Counted from the first letter of the stretch, positions 1-8,688 are shown. The stretch: DNA of 42,764 nt from Candidatus Curtissbacteria bacterium RIFCSPHIGHO2_12_FULL_41_17 (GCA_001774945.1 MFBL01000008.1:9310-52073); one strand, 5' to 3'. The notes: generated by a model not told the origin, from the letters alone. Numbers and translations are program-made.

Positions 1-17
1 GAGTCCCTGTGCCCCCA
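1..17 (+). tRNA. 3' end of a tRNA truncated by the window edge, probably tRNA-Leu
   Basis: GAGT (end of T-loop), CCCTG (T-stem), TGCCCCC (acceptor strand), discriminator A. The anticodon is not visible; Leu is inferred from the discriminator and context. Confidence 0.65.
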
Positions 18-33
18 CCGAGTCAAGCTCGGC
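7..33 (+). repeat. Left copy of a tRNA-3'-end direct repeat (att-like)
   Basis: CTGTGCCCCCACCGAGTCAAGCTCGGC matches 1524-1549 except for one C indel and an AG/GA swap. Confidence 0.8.
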
Positions 34-79
34 TCAATAGTACTCCAAGTAGTTTGGTAAATTAGTGTATAATTTCACT

Positions 80-322
80 ATGAAGACATATATTACATCT
101 AATCCGAAAATAATGAATGGTGCTCCTGTAATATCAGAAACTAGGGTACCTATTGTTAAAATACTCTACCTACTTAAGGAAGGATTTACTCTTAAGGAGG
201 TAAGTAAGCAATATCCTCATGTCGGTATTCAAAAACTTAAAGGCGCAATTAATGAACTAGCTCACAAAGTGGAATCTAAACCCTATGCCACGCAAGTTTC
301 ACAAGCACAAACTGCTGCTTGA
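80..322 (+). CDS. DUF433 family antitoxin-like HTH protein
   Basis: ITSNPKIMNGAPVISETRVPI...LKEG motif typical of DUF433. ATG 80 lies 6 nt after TATAAT (68-73). Confidence 0.88.
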   Translation: MKTYITSNPKIMNGAPVISETRVPIVKILYLLKEGFTLKEVSKQYPHVGIQKLKGAINELAHKVESKPYATQVSQAQTAA

Positions 323-647
323 TGAAGGATTCCCAATCCGTTCCTATTTACCCATCTCAAACAGACGCTTTGATCTCAAACATATTTCCGCCGATCTTAA
401 ACAAAGCGGTTTGTCGGATGAAGAAATTCATAAACTTGCCGCAGAGCAGGGAAGAATTGTCATTACATTGAACATTAGGGATTTTAAACCGCTTGCTCCA
501 TTGCACAAAAATACTGGTGTCATCGGAGTATCAGCAGTTTTACCGTTTGATCAAGTTGATAAGAAACTTGACTCGCTGCTCTCTAAATCTTCCCCGAAGC
601 AGTTTTTAGGTAAGCTGATAATCATTAGCGGAGAATCAAAGAGTTAA
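285..647 (+). CDS. DUF5615 family PIN-like toxin
   Basis: LLLDE...DLKHI...SDEEI...RIVITLNIRDF. Overlaps the DUF433 gene, a known pairing. Confidence 0.82.
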   Translation: MPRKFHKHKLLLDEGFPIRSYLPISNRRFDLKHISADLKQSGLSDEEIHKLAAEQGRIVITLNIRDFKPLAPLHKNTGVIGVSAVLPFDQVDKKLDSLLSKSSPKQFLGKLIIISGESKS

Positions 648-667
648 ATAATTTTTGAAGCAGGGAA

Positions 668-1408
668 TTAAGCTGCCTTTGGAAGATAAAAGTCCGCTCT
701 AAATCTGGGATCGTAAGCCTGCCGTGAAATTCTGGTAAACGGAGTCAGTTGAATTTTGCCTTCAACTACAGCGGGCATAGTTACATCTCTCAGCCCATGA
801 AGTACTTGTTTGTTAAATTCAGCTTCTTTAAGTGCATTAGTCCAGAATGATGCGAAATCGGGGCTTTTGTACATTTCTATCAGGACTTCTCTATACCAAT
901 CATCTCTTATATCAAAAGGAGTGTCTGCTACAAAATAGGTAAGATGGTTTTGTAATTGTTCGTCCCAGCCAGGAATTTCTCTAAGTGTTCTATCGAATAA
1001 CACTTCCAACCATTGATGTCTCTTTCGCCTGATATCTGAGGCGAAGGGGAAAATGGCCCTTGCTCCTGAATTGGCATTTAATAGCATGCCTGTGAAATCT
1101 CTAAAAATTACTGGCCTATCAATGTCTGCACAAAATCCTTCTGTCTGCTGAGTCCACTCATCACGTTCTGCCTCTGTAGGAGGAATGCCTGCTAAAAAGC
1201 ATCCTTGTGCAGTATCTTTATCTGCAAGCTGGAGTACTCCAAAAAGCTGTCCAAGTTCCCTTCTGGTTGGCTTTACTTTCTCTCGCTCAATGTCGCTTAA
1301 ATGCCAAGGCTCCCAGCCTAGCATGTTGCAAACATCAGTCTGAGTTAATTTTAATTCTATTGATCTTCATTGCCACACAAGCGTTCCAACACCTATTGGT
1401 CTTTCCAC
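668..1408 (-). pseudogene. XRE-HTH + MmyB-like ligand-binding domain regulator with a premature in-frame TGA at 1367-1369
   Basis: From GTG 1408 the frame reads MERPIGVGTLVWQ*RSIELKLTQTDVCNMLGWEPWHLSDIEREKVKPTRRELGQL (XRE HTH). It continues into PVIFRD...LLNANSGARAIF...SPDFASFW (MmyB-like). TATAAT lies 7 nt upstream of the GTG. Confidence 0.7.
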
Positions 1409-1523
1409 AAGTGCGATTATACAAATTATAGACTCGATAAGTAAAATTCGATCGAGTTTCTAATTGTTAAATTGTTTGGTAAACTCTCATCATATCGGTG
1501 CACAGGTTGTTCCATTCCAAGGA

Positions 1524-1549
1524 CTGTGCCCCACCGAGTCAGACTCGGC
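1524..1549 (+). repeat. Right copy of the tRNA-3'-end direct repeat
   Basis: CTGTGCCCCACCGAGTCAGACTCGGC; see 7-33. Confidence 0.8.
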
Positions 1550-1551
1550 AA

Positions 1552-1577
1552 GTCGCGTTCGACGCGACACTTTTTTT
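1552..1577 (+). terminator. Intrinsic terminator-like hairpin
   Basis: GTCGCGT-TCG-ACGCGAC perfect stem followed by AC and T7. Confidence 0.6.
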
Positions 1578-2534
1578 ATGAATTGGGTAGATTTAATAAT
1601 AATATTAATTGCGATTATTTTTGCGCTTGAAGGACAAAGACGAGGTTTTTTTGTCCAGATAGCCGATCTTGTTGGATTTTTATTTTCTCTGATACTTGCT
1701 TTAACTTTTTATCCTCAAGCCGCCCAATTTATAATTAAAATCTTCAATTTGCCAAAAATTGCCGCCAATCCTGTCGGATTTTTACTGGTTTGGCTAATCA
1801 CCGAAACATTATTTTTCTCGGTTTTCGGGGGGTTAATTTCAAAATTTATAGCAAGGTTTTCAACATCAAAAGTCAACCGGCTGTTTGGGTTTATTCCGTC
1901 AACCGTAAATACTCTTCTTTTTATGTCATTTGTGCTTCTATTCGCAGTTTCTTTGCCGATAAGGCCGGATATAAAAAAGGATGTTTTTGATTCAAAAATC
2001 GGATCATTCTTAGTCGATAAGGCAACAGTTTTAGAGCGGCCCTTTAACAGTATCTTCGGTCCGATTGCCAAACAGGGCCTGACTTTCTTAACAATCAGAC
2101 CGGATGAAAAAGGTTCGATTCCTCTTGAATTTACCCAGAAAGAGTTAACAGTCGATTATCAAAGCGAAAAAGCGATGCTTGAGTTTGTTAATAAAGAAAG
2201 GGTAAACAGGGGAATTGCCCCTTTAGTTTGGAACGAAGGACTGGCTAACGTCGGACGCGCTCACTCTAAGGACATGTTTGAAAGAGGCTACTTTTCTCAT
2301 TATTCACCCGAAGGGAGGGATGTAGGGGACAGATTAGAGGAAGCGGGGATTGATTATTCATTCGCCGGCGAAAATTTAGCGCTGGCCCCAAATGTTGACA
2401 GAGCCAATACCGGGCTTATCAACAGCGAGGGTCATAGACGCAACATTCTGGATCCTGCTTTCAAAAAGCTCGGCATTGGCGCCATCGACGGAGGAATCTA
2501 CGGCAAAATGTTTACGCAGGTCTTTACAAATTAA
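1578..2534 (+). CDS. CvpA (colicin V production) family membrane domain fused to a CAP/SCP domain
   Basis: N-terminal MNWVDLIIILI...GQRRGFF with TM helices. C-terminal VNKER...RAHSKDMFERGYFSH...GENLA...SEGHRRNIL is the CAP signature. Start placed at ATG 1578. Confidence 0.88.
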   Translation: MNWVDLIIILIAIIFALEGQRRGFFVQIADLVGFLFSLILALTFYPQAAQFIIKIFNLPKIAANPVGFLLVWLITETLFFSVFGGLISKFIARFSTSKVNRLFGFIPSTVNTLLFMSFVLLFAVSLPIRPDIKKDVFDSKIGSFLVDKATVLERPFNSIFGPIAKQGLTFLTIRPDEKGSIPLEFTQKELTVDYQSEKAMLEFVNKERVNRGIAPLVWNEGLANVGRAHSKDMFERGYFSHYSPEGRDVGDRLEEAGIDYSFAGENLALAPNVDRANTGLINSEGHRRNILDPAFKKLGIGAIDGGIYGKMFTQVFTN

Positions 2535-2536
2535 TT

Positions 2537-2631
2537 TGTGAAGATCCCGAGTGCAATCGAGGGATCATGCTTACATTAGCAAACCCTGAGCACTTCGATT
2601 AACTCACTGTAAACTTGTCGAAGGGTTCACA
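2537..2631. repeat. Cluster of nested REP-like palindromes between convergent genes
   Basis: GATCCC-GAG-TGCAA-TCGA-GGGATC (2543-2566). AACCCTGAGC...GTCGAAGGGTT (2582-2627) carries an internal inverted CTTCGA..CTCA unit. Outer TGTGAA/TTCACA stem. Confidence 0.75.
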
Positions 2632-2652
2632 CAGGTTTTTACTAATTAACGT

Positions 2653-3888
2653 CTATCGAGAAGCTGTCCGATTAAGCACCCCACCTATAACCCAGGTCTG
2701 GGGATTACAAGCTACGGGAACCCCGTTTTCTCGGTAAGGAAAGACATTATTCTGGTCATCGACCTCGCTTAATTCTGGGAATCCCAGTTCACTTGAAGTT
2801 CGATAGACACAGTCATCAAAAACGACGGCCTCTTGGGTCAAACCGTATCTCTCACAGCCAGCTGCCGCAATTGCCGCAAGCTGAAACCAAACATTGCCGT
2901 TTTGATATTCGCCAGGATCATACTTAGTCGAGTGGCGACTTCTAGTTCTTAAACCCCACATGGTTAAAAGATCCGGCTGCACTAATCTCGCGACTACTCT
3001 TTCGGCCCTTTGGCTATCAGGAATTCCTACCCAAAGCGGAAAGACCGAATCACTAGTTTGGATGCTAATTGGCTTTTTGGCGGCATCAATTGCTGGCGCA
3101 TATAATCCAAAATCTTCTATCCAGAATAATTTGTTGATGAGTCTCCTTCTTTCCAGAGCTCTTTCTCGAAGCATTTGAGCCATGCGCAAATTGCCTTTTG
3201 ACTCATAAAGATCGGCGCTCAAAATATCTGAAAGATAAGCAAAGGAATTAACATCAAGAGTAGCTACAGGGTCAAGCGGCATTCTTCCCTGCTCGTCGAC
3301 AAGTGAAGTTTCTGAATCTTTCCACCACTGATTATGAGGACCCTCGATTAAAAGATCGCCATCGATATCGCCCTCTTCGGCTAACCATCTGACAGAAGCT
3401 TCTAAATTCGACCAAAGTTTGTCTCTAAAGGTCCAATCTCCTGTTAGAAGCACATACCTTGAAAATAGAGAATTCCACAATCCGTTAACGTCGCGGGCCC
3501 AGTAGGTAATCATTTCGAGATGGCCATTAATCTCAATGACAGGACCGCCATTTCTTTTTATTTCTGCTAGCCTTTCCTGATTAGATGTTTCACCATGCAT
3601 CTCATGAGGCATTTCACAGGGGGTCTCGCAAGTTGTGGGGTCATATTTCATACCCTGGTGTCGAGCTGAAGTTTCAAGACTGGTTTTGATTCCTTCCAAA
3701 ATTATTGGCAACTCGCCATTTTGAGGTTTCTCAAGAGCTAAAAGCCCAAAAGTGCAGTAGTCGCGGGTAAAGATGGCATTGCGAAATCTGCCTTCAGCGC
3801 TTGCTGGGTAGCCTTCTTCCGTAACTAGACCAGGAAGCTGTTTAACCGCTTGTTGTCTAATCCGCTCTATAACTTCAGGGCTGGCCAT
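2653..3888 (-). CDS. Amylo-alpha-1,6-glucosidase / glycogen-debranching-like (alpha/alpha)6 glycoside hydrolase
   Basis: Motifs IFTRD, WKDS, DSVFPLW, WGLRT, YQNGNVW, FPEL and ACNPQTW match this family. Confidence 0.75.
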   Translation of the reverse strand: MASPEVIERIRQQAVKQLPGLVTEEGYPASAEGRFRNAIFTRDYCTFGLLALEKPQNGELPIILEGIKTSLETSARHQGMKYDPTTCETPCEMPHEMHGETSNQERLAEIKRNGGPVIEINGHLEMITYWARDVNGLWNSLFSRYVLLTGDWTFRDKLWSNLEASVRWLAEEGDIDGDLLIEGPHNQWWKDSETSLVDEQGRMPLDPVATLDVNSFAYLSDILSADLYESKGNLRMAQMLRERALERRRLINKLFWIEDFGLYAPAIDAAKKPISIQTSDSVFPLWVGIPDSQRAERVVARLVQPDLLTMWGLRTRSRHSTKYDPGEYQNGNVWFQLAAIAAAGCERYGLTQEAVVFDDCVYRTSSELGFPELSEVDDQNNVFPYRENGVPVACNPQTWVIGGVLNRTASR

Positions 3889-3945
3889 AATATTATTATA
3901 GGCCTAATTATATCACTTTTACTGATAAAAATCACTGCTACGGGT

Positions 3946-4011
3946 CTAAAAAAAGAGCGCAGCCTTTCTTGATTGCGTTCTTTTCAAGGAAATGGCAGCT
4001 TTCCCCCTCAC
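3946..4011 (-). CDS. Candidate leaderless 21-aa small ORF / leader peptide
   Basis: TTGACA-N16-TAAAGT, 6 nt, then GTG...TAG giving MRGKAAISLKRTQSRKAALFF. It ends in an imperfect hairpin and U-tract. Confidence 0.3.
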   Translation of the reverse strand: MRGKAAISLKRTQSRKAALFF

Positions 4012-4186
4012 AATTCAACTTTACCAAGTGTACAGTCAATGTCAACCCCTAAATGATATAGTTACCCTTCTAAGGAGTCTCCTTGAAAGGTAGAGAGAAT
4101 TTGAGTCTGTAACTTTTTAGCCCGCCAATTTATTGGTTGCGCAAGAAATTTCCTAATCGAAATTTCTTTAGTCATCGCAAGAAGTA

Positions 4187-5464
4187 TTAATCTTGCTTAT
4201 ATTCTAGCTGATACTTTTTATCCCCGAAATAGCCTGTAACCTCTGGCCTGATTATCTCCATACCTAAAAGTTGGCAGGGGAAGATTGTATAGTCACCGAA
4301 GCGCTGATTGATAAGATCAATTGTTGATGTTAATTCTTGCCGGCGTCGGTCAGCAGGGAAAAGGGGAGTGGGTAAATAGTTGGTTTTAGTGAGCATTCCT
4401 AAAGTTACACCGCAAAAACGTACATATTCTCCAAACCAATCCTTGATTATATTGCAGCAAATATCAAAAAGTGTTTTCCCGTCGCAGATATAGGTTTTTA
4501 GGGTCCTGTGCCCATAGAATGAATCTCCCCCGCCTGCAAACGCCTGAGCATAGCGATGGCGGGCAGGCCCGCCGCGAAGACCAAATCCGATATATCTGCC
4601 AGCCATACCCATTCGCCGCGCTTTGGCGCTTGCTTCTTCACAAAGATTTCTAATAAGTCTTTTGATTTCATCCTTTCTGTACAAATTGCGGTGAGTTGTG
4701 TAAGTTCTACTAACACTTTTGGCATCGGCTATTTCAAAATAAGAAAATACCGGTGAGTTATCAATTCCACGACTTATATTATAAAGATGCATCGACCAAA
4801 AGGGCCCAAATTCGCGCCTTAAGAACTCAGGGCTTTTTGCCCTTATTTTGGCAAAAGAAGAAAGACCTTGCGCCATTAAATGATTGTATAAACCCCAGCC
4901 AAGGCCACAGACATCCATAAGATTGGTATCGTTTAAGATATCAAGGGCTATTGCCCTATCTATTACAAAAAGTCCATCGGCTTTAATTTTTGACGAGGCC
5001 AGTTTAGCCAAAAGCTTATTTTCGGAAATACCCACAGAACAACTCATATAATCACCAATTTCATTCCGTAAACGGTCCTTAATGGCCAGTGCAATGTTCA
5101 CGGCTCCGCCAAAAAATTTTTCGGTTTCTGTTACATCAATAAAACACTCATCTAGCGAAAACACTTCGCACATTGGGGAGTAGGTTTTGCAGATTTTTAT
5201 AAAACGGTAGGTTATATCTTCGTATTTTTCAAAATCTGCCGGTACTAAAATTATGCCAGGAGAAAGTTTTTTAGCTTCGGCAACAGCCATTCCGGTTTTA
5301 ATCCCCAGCTTCTTGGCCTCAATTGATGTTGCAATTAAACAACTTCTGCTGACTGCTTTAATAATCCCCACACACTTATTGCGAAGAGCAGGATTAGCCT
5401 GCTGCTCAGCCGTTGCAAAAAAACTGTTTAAATCGACATGAAGGATAACGCGCTGATCGTTCAT
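4187..5464 (-). CDS. dinB: DNA polymerase IV (Y family)
   Basis: HVDLNSFFA, SIEAKKLGI, SLDECFID and KLLAKLAS motifs. Confidence 0.93.
   Translation of the reverse strand: MNDQRVILHVDLNSFFATAEQQANPALRNKCVGIIKAVSRSCLIATSIEAKKLGIKTGMAVAEAKKLSPGIILVPADFEKYEDITYRFIKICKTYSPMCEVFSLDECFIDVTETEKFFGGAVNIALAIKDRLRNEIGDYMSCSVGISENKLLAKLASSKIKADGLFVIDRAIALDILNDTNLMDVCGLGWGLYNHLMAQGLSSFAKIRAKSPEFLRREFGPFWSMHLYNISRGIDNSPVFSYFEIADAKSVSRTYTTHRNLYRKDEIKRLIRNLCEEASAKARRMGMAGRYIGFGLRGGPARHRYAQAFAGGGDSFYGHRTLKTYICDGKTLFDICCNIIKDWFGEYVRFCGVTLGMLTKTNYLPTPLFPADRRRQELTSTIDLINQRFGDYTIFPCQLLGMEIIRPEVTGYFGDKKYQLEYKQD
4529..4567. repeat. 39-bp palindromic element inserted in frame in dinB
   Basis: CCTGC-AAA-CGCC-TGAG-CATA-GCGA-TGGCG-G-GCAGG hairpin, translating exactly as PARHRYAQAFAGG. 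Confidence 0.7.
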
Positions 5465-5485
5465 CGTCTATCGCAAATCGTTTGT

Positions 5486-5734
5486 TTACGCAGGTAGTAC
5501 TTTTTTTAATTTCCACGAGTAATTATTGCTGTTATATTCCAATTCAAAATTGGCACCTTCGCTTGCACAGACTAAGCTTACTAATTTTAGCTGACCAACT
5601 TGTTTGCTACTTGAGAAAATAACTTTCTCTAGTTTTATTAAGCGTCTTCGCCAAGAGATAGCAAGGGGAAAAATACCATTATCGAAAAATGCCCATACTT
5701 TTATTGGTTCGTTAACTTGCGTTTCATAACTCAT
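5486..5734 (-). CDS. Small beta-rich protein co-transcribed with dinB (DUF6504-like)
   Basis: 82-aa ORF 21 nt upstream of dinB, with the PxAxxWRRR and terminal WxL pattern recalled for DUF6504. Confidence 0.65.
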   Translation of the reverse strand: MSYETQVNEPIKVWAFFDNGIFPLAISWRRRLIKLEKVIFSSSKQVGQLKLVSLVCASEGANFELEYNSNNYSWKLKKVLPA

Positions 5735-5743
5735 TGCAACCTG

Positions 5744-5772
5744 ATTTTATCCGAATAAAACCCGAATGTCAA
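5744..5772 (-). promoter_or_regulatory. Sigma70 promoter with a candidate LexA operator in the spacer
   Basis: TTGACA (5772-5767), N17, TAAAAT (5749-5744). The spacer contains TTCGG-GTTTTA-TTCGG. Confidence 0.75.
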
Positions 5773-5822
5773 CGCCTATTTGCCAAATATGATCTCAACC
5801 TGCTAACCTAACAACCTAGCAT

Positions 5823-6482
5823 ATGTTTCCAATACGAGACACCAGAAATTCCGGCAAATTCCCAATTGTTAACCTAATACTTATAGGTTTCAATATTTAT
5901 GTTTTTATTCTGGAGCTGTTTTCGCCCAATATTGAAGTATTCATTGCCCAATACAGTTTAATCCCACAAAATGTAAATTTTTTTAATATTCAAACACTTA
6001 AACCTTTTGTTACTTCAATGTTTTTGCATGCGGGATTTTTACACATTCTTTCCAATATGTGGTTTTTATGGATATTTGGGGATAATGTTGAGGCGGCGAT
6101 TGGCCATATTAAATATTTAATCTTTTTTATTTTTTGCGGTGTAGCCGCCAGTTTTATTCAGTATCTATTTATCGCGAATTCTACTCTGCCAATGATTGGT
6201 GCCTCTGGTGCAATTGCGGGCGTTCTCGGAGCCTACCTGAAACTTTTTCCCAAAAATAAGGTTGATACGATTATTCCAATTTTCGGTCTGCCGTTTTTTA
6301 TCGCACTTCCGGCATATTTTATGCTTATCTACTGGTTCGTAATTCAAGCATTTAATGGTGTGGCTTCAATTATTGTAGCAACAGCGTCTGTAGGTGGTGT
6401 CGCTTACCTTGCACACGCGGGCGGTTTCTTGACAGGATTTTTAGTTTCTCGTTCACTGGTCTGGCAAAGACTTGGTAGATAA
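5823..6482 (+). CDS. Rhomboid family intramembrane serine protease
   Basis: HAGFLHILSNMWFL, GASG (catalytic Ser) and AHAGG (catalytic His). Confidence 0.93.
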   Translation: MFPIRDTRNSGKFPIVNLILIGFNIYVFILELFSPNIEVFIAQYSLIPQNVNFFNIQTLKPFVTSMFLHAGFLHILSNMWFLWIFGDNVEAAIGHIKYLIFFIFCGVAASFIQYLFIANSTLPMIGASGAIAGVLGAYLKLFPKNKVDTIIPIFGLPFFIALPAYFMLIYWFVIQAFNGVASIIVATASVGGVAYLAHAGGFLTGFLVSRSLVWQRLGR

Positions 6483-6504
6483 CTTACAATCAAATGGAAA
6501 GTCA

Positions 6505-7530
6505 ATGTTTGCCAGATCCTACAAGTATTATCTTAATATACTGGAAAAAAGCTCAAAAGCTTCACCGGTACAAAAATTCATACTTATTATTGTCGCAGCA
6601 TTTTTTATATTAATAGGTATTTTTTCATCATCGCTTTACTACCTATACCAAAAGGAAGCACCTATAAGAACACAAGGTCAATATCTTGAGCTTGCCAACG
6701 GCGGCTTTAATGCTATTGAGCAGTCACTCGGTGAAATACTTTCTTCATATCAGGTTGCAGGCGCAAAAGCTCAAATTATTGATACGTCCAAGGAATCATC
6801 GCCTTCGGCTTCAGGTTATTTTGTTTCGCTTGACGATGTACAAAAGATAATGTCAAGTCTTGAGAAGGTAAAATCTGACATTGATTATCAAAAAGGCCAT
6901 CTGCAAGAACAAAAAACTCCGCAAAAATACACAGGGCTTCACAATGATTTATTAAATTTTTATGCGCAGACTGGCACTCTTTTAAGTAGCCTTGCAGATG
7001 ACCAAAAATTTTTAAAAGACATGCTAATGGCTTTAGGACCCGATTTTTATTTGCCGGTGCTCACCAATCAAAAACTTTGGACTAATGGCAATAAAGATGA
7101 GATTATTAATTATTATGAAAAAAATAAATCCCTTGCCAACGTGTCCTTTACCAATCTTTCCAAAACATCGCCAGCTGCCAAATTCAAACCCTTTTATGAT
7201 GCCCAAATAGCCTATTTTGAGGTGGTAGTTAAAGTTTCAGACAATATCATAAGTACCCTAAAGCAAAATGATACAGTCGACAAGGATGCGGCTACTCAAC
7301 TGGAAAAAGCCTACCAAATATTGATAGGAGCCCAAAGAGAAAATGAAAAATATGCAGACAAGTTAACAGAAGAAAAACTTAAAATATTCGACCTTAAAAA
7401 GAATCTGCAGGATTTTTCTCCCGTTAGTCTTCCTCAAAACTCTTTAAGAACAGCTCTTAACGATCATTTAACGAACCAACCCCAACCCAAGTTTGACAAA
7501 ATTCCAAATTTTATAAAAAGATTTTTATGA
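6505..7530 (+). CDS. Hypothetical single-TM anchored helical protein
   Basis: Long ORF with one N-terminal hydrophobic segment and no recognised motif. ATG 6505 preferred over TTG 6472. Confidence 0.75.
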   Translation: MFARSYKYYLNILEKSSKASPVQKFILIIVAAFFILIGIFSSSLYYLYQKEAPIRTQGQYLELANGGFNAIEQSLGEILSSYQVAGAKAQIIDTSKESSPSASGYFVSLDDVQKIMSSLEKVKSDIDYQKGHLQEQKTPQKYTGLHNDLLNFYAQTGTLLSSLADDQKFLKDMLMALGPDFYLPVLTNQKLWTNGNKDEIINYYEKNKSLANVSFTNLSKTSPAAKFKPFYDAQIAYFEVVVKVSDNIISTLKQNDTVDKDAATQLEKAYQILIGAQRENEKYADKLTEEKLKIFDLKKNLQDFSPVSLPQNSLRTALNDHLTNQPQPKFDKIPNFIKRFL

Positions 7531-7607
7531 TTTAAGACTCCTTCTTTTTTGGAGGGTTTACAAACTACACATTAACTTTGTTAAAATTAATACAAAGGAG
7601 GATAAAT

Positions 7608-7850
7608 ATGGATCCAAACGATCAAAACACCGATGACCAAAATCAAAATGATTCTGCCGATTCTGGTCAAGGAGTAAATGTTGGACAGGACCAACCAAGT
7701 GATCAGGCTCAAACACCACCACAACAACCAGAGCCTTCTCCTGAAGGGGATGCCCCGGAGGCAGCTCCGCTACCTCCAGTAGCGGAAGATCAGCCGCAAG
7801 GAGAGAGTCAGACGGGCACAGTGCCGGAAGAGCCAAAAGACAGCCAGTAG
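7608..7850 (+). CDS. Small acidic low-complexity (D/E/Q/P-rich) protein
   Basis: AAGGAGG Shine-Dalgarno before ATG 7608; 80 aa with no aromatic residue. Confidence 0.7.
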   Translation: MDPNDQNTDDQNQNDSADSGQGVNVGQDQPSDQAQTPPQQPEPSPEGDAPEAAPLPPVAEDQPQGESQTGTVPEEPKDSQ

Positions 7851-7953
7851 GATAATTCCCAATAGTAAAAAATATTACATGTCCGTTTTGGTTGACAGGG
7901 AAACGGATAAATTCATATGCTTAAGTGAAGCCAGAAAAATTTAGGCAGGATTT

Positions 7954-8625
7954 GTGACTCTTAAAACATTTAAAAATCAGCTTGCTGTAAGTTTAATAAT
8001 AGTTTCTTTTATTCTCTATAGTTTTGGGTTGTTTATTGGTGGGCGTATTTCGCAAAGATTCAGCCTAAATTATTTTAAAAAAGCAAAAATACAAAATAAA
8101 ATTGTCCAGCCCATTCAAACTAATTTACCCTACAGTGACAATCAATCGTCAAATGTTATCTCGTCGTATGTCAAGCTTTGTTCAAATACTTTTTACTCAT
8201 TTGAAGTATCTTACCCTAAAGATTGGTTTACTACCTACAACTCTGAAGGCCAAAAATGTACTTATTTTGCGCCGTATTCTTTCGTAATTCCGCAAAACTT
8301 GGACTTGCCATTTGTCCCTATACAAATAGAAGTAATTCCCAGCGCGAAGTGGCTTGAAACTGTCAAGTTTCATCAAAACCCCAATGATTTTCAAAATGTG
8401 CTGTCTAGCCAAAATATGCAAATAAATGATAAGTCAGCGGTATTGGTAAAAGCAGAAACTACCGGTAATGGCTCAATGCAAAAAGGGCTGGTGATTTCGT
8501 CCTATTTAATTTTCAACAGCAGTAACCCCGTTATACTTTCTTATCACCAAACTGACCAAAAAGAGAATACAAAATTGTATGAAGATATTCTTGCACAAAT
8601 GGCCAATACCCTAAACTTTTTTTGA
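7954..8625 (+). CDS. Membrane-anchored PsbP-like-fold protein
   Basis: N-terminal TM helix and the FEVSYPKDW motif typical of PsbP-related domains. Confidence 0.6.
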   Translation: MTLKTFKNQLAVSLIIVSFILYSFGLFIGGRISQRFSLNYFKKAKIQNKIVQPIQTNLPYSDNQSSNVISSYVKLCSNTFYSFEVSYPKDWFTTYNSEGQKCTYFAPYSFVIPQNLDLPFVPIQIEVIPSAKWLETVKFHQNPNDFQNVLSSQNMQINDKSAVLVKAETTGNGSMQKGLVISSYLIFNSSNPVILSYHQTDQKENTKLYEDILAQMANTLNFF

Positions 8626-8630
8626 AGACT

Positions 8631-8688
8631 AAAGAAAAGGCCTCTCTTGCGAGAAGCCCTTTCAAGTTGCCTATCTTGCGATAAGCAT
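8631..8688 (-). ncRNA. Candidate ~60-nt small RNA with two GCAA-capped hairpins
   Basis: GCTTATC-GCAA-GATAGGC and GAAAGGGCTTCTC-GCAA-GAGAGGCCTTTTC pair with G-U wobbles only on the minus strand. TTGACA-N17-TATAAA lies upstream at 8722-8694. Confidence 0.4.

Noticed and set aside
1367-1369. UGA recoding (genetic code 4 or 25)
   Set aside because: TGA terminates several intact genes (e.g. at 7530, 8625, 10507, 32026), and long genes show no internal TGA.
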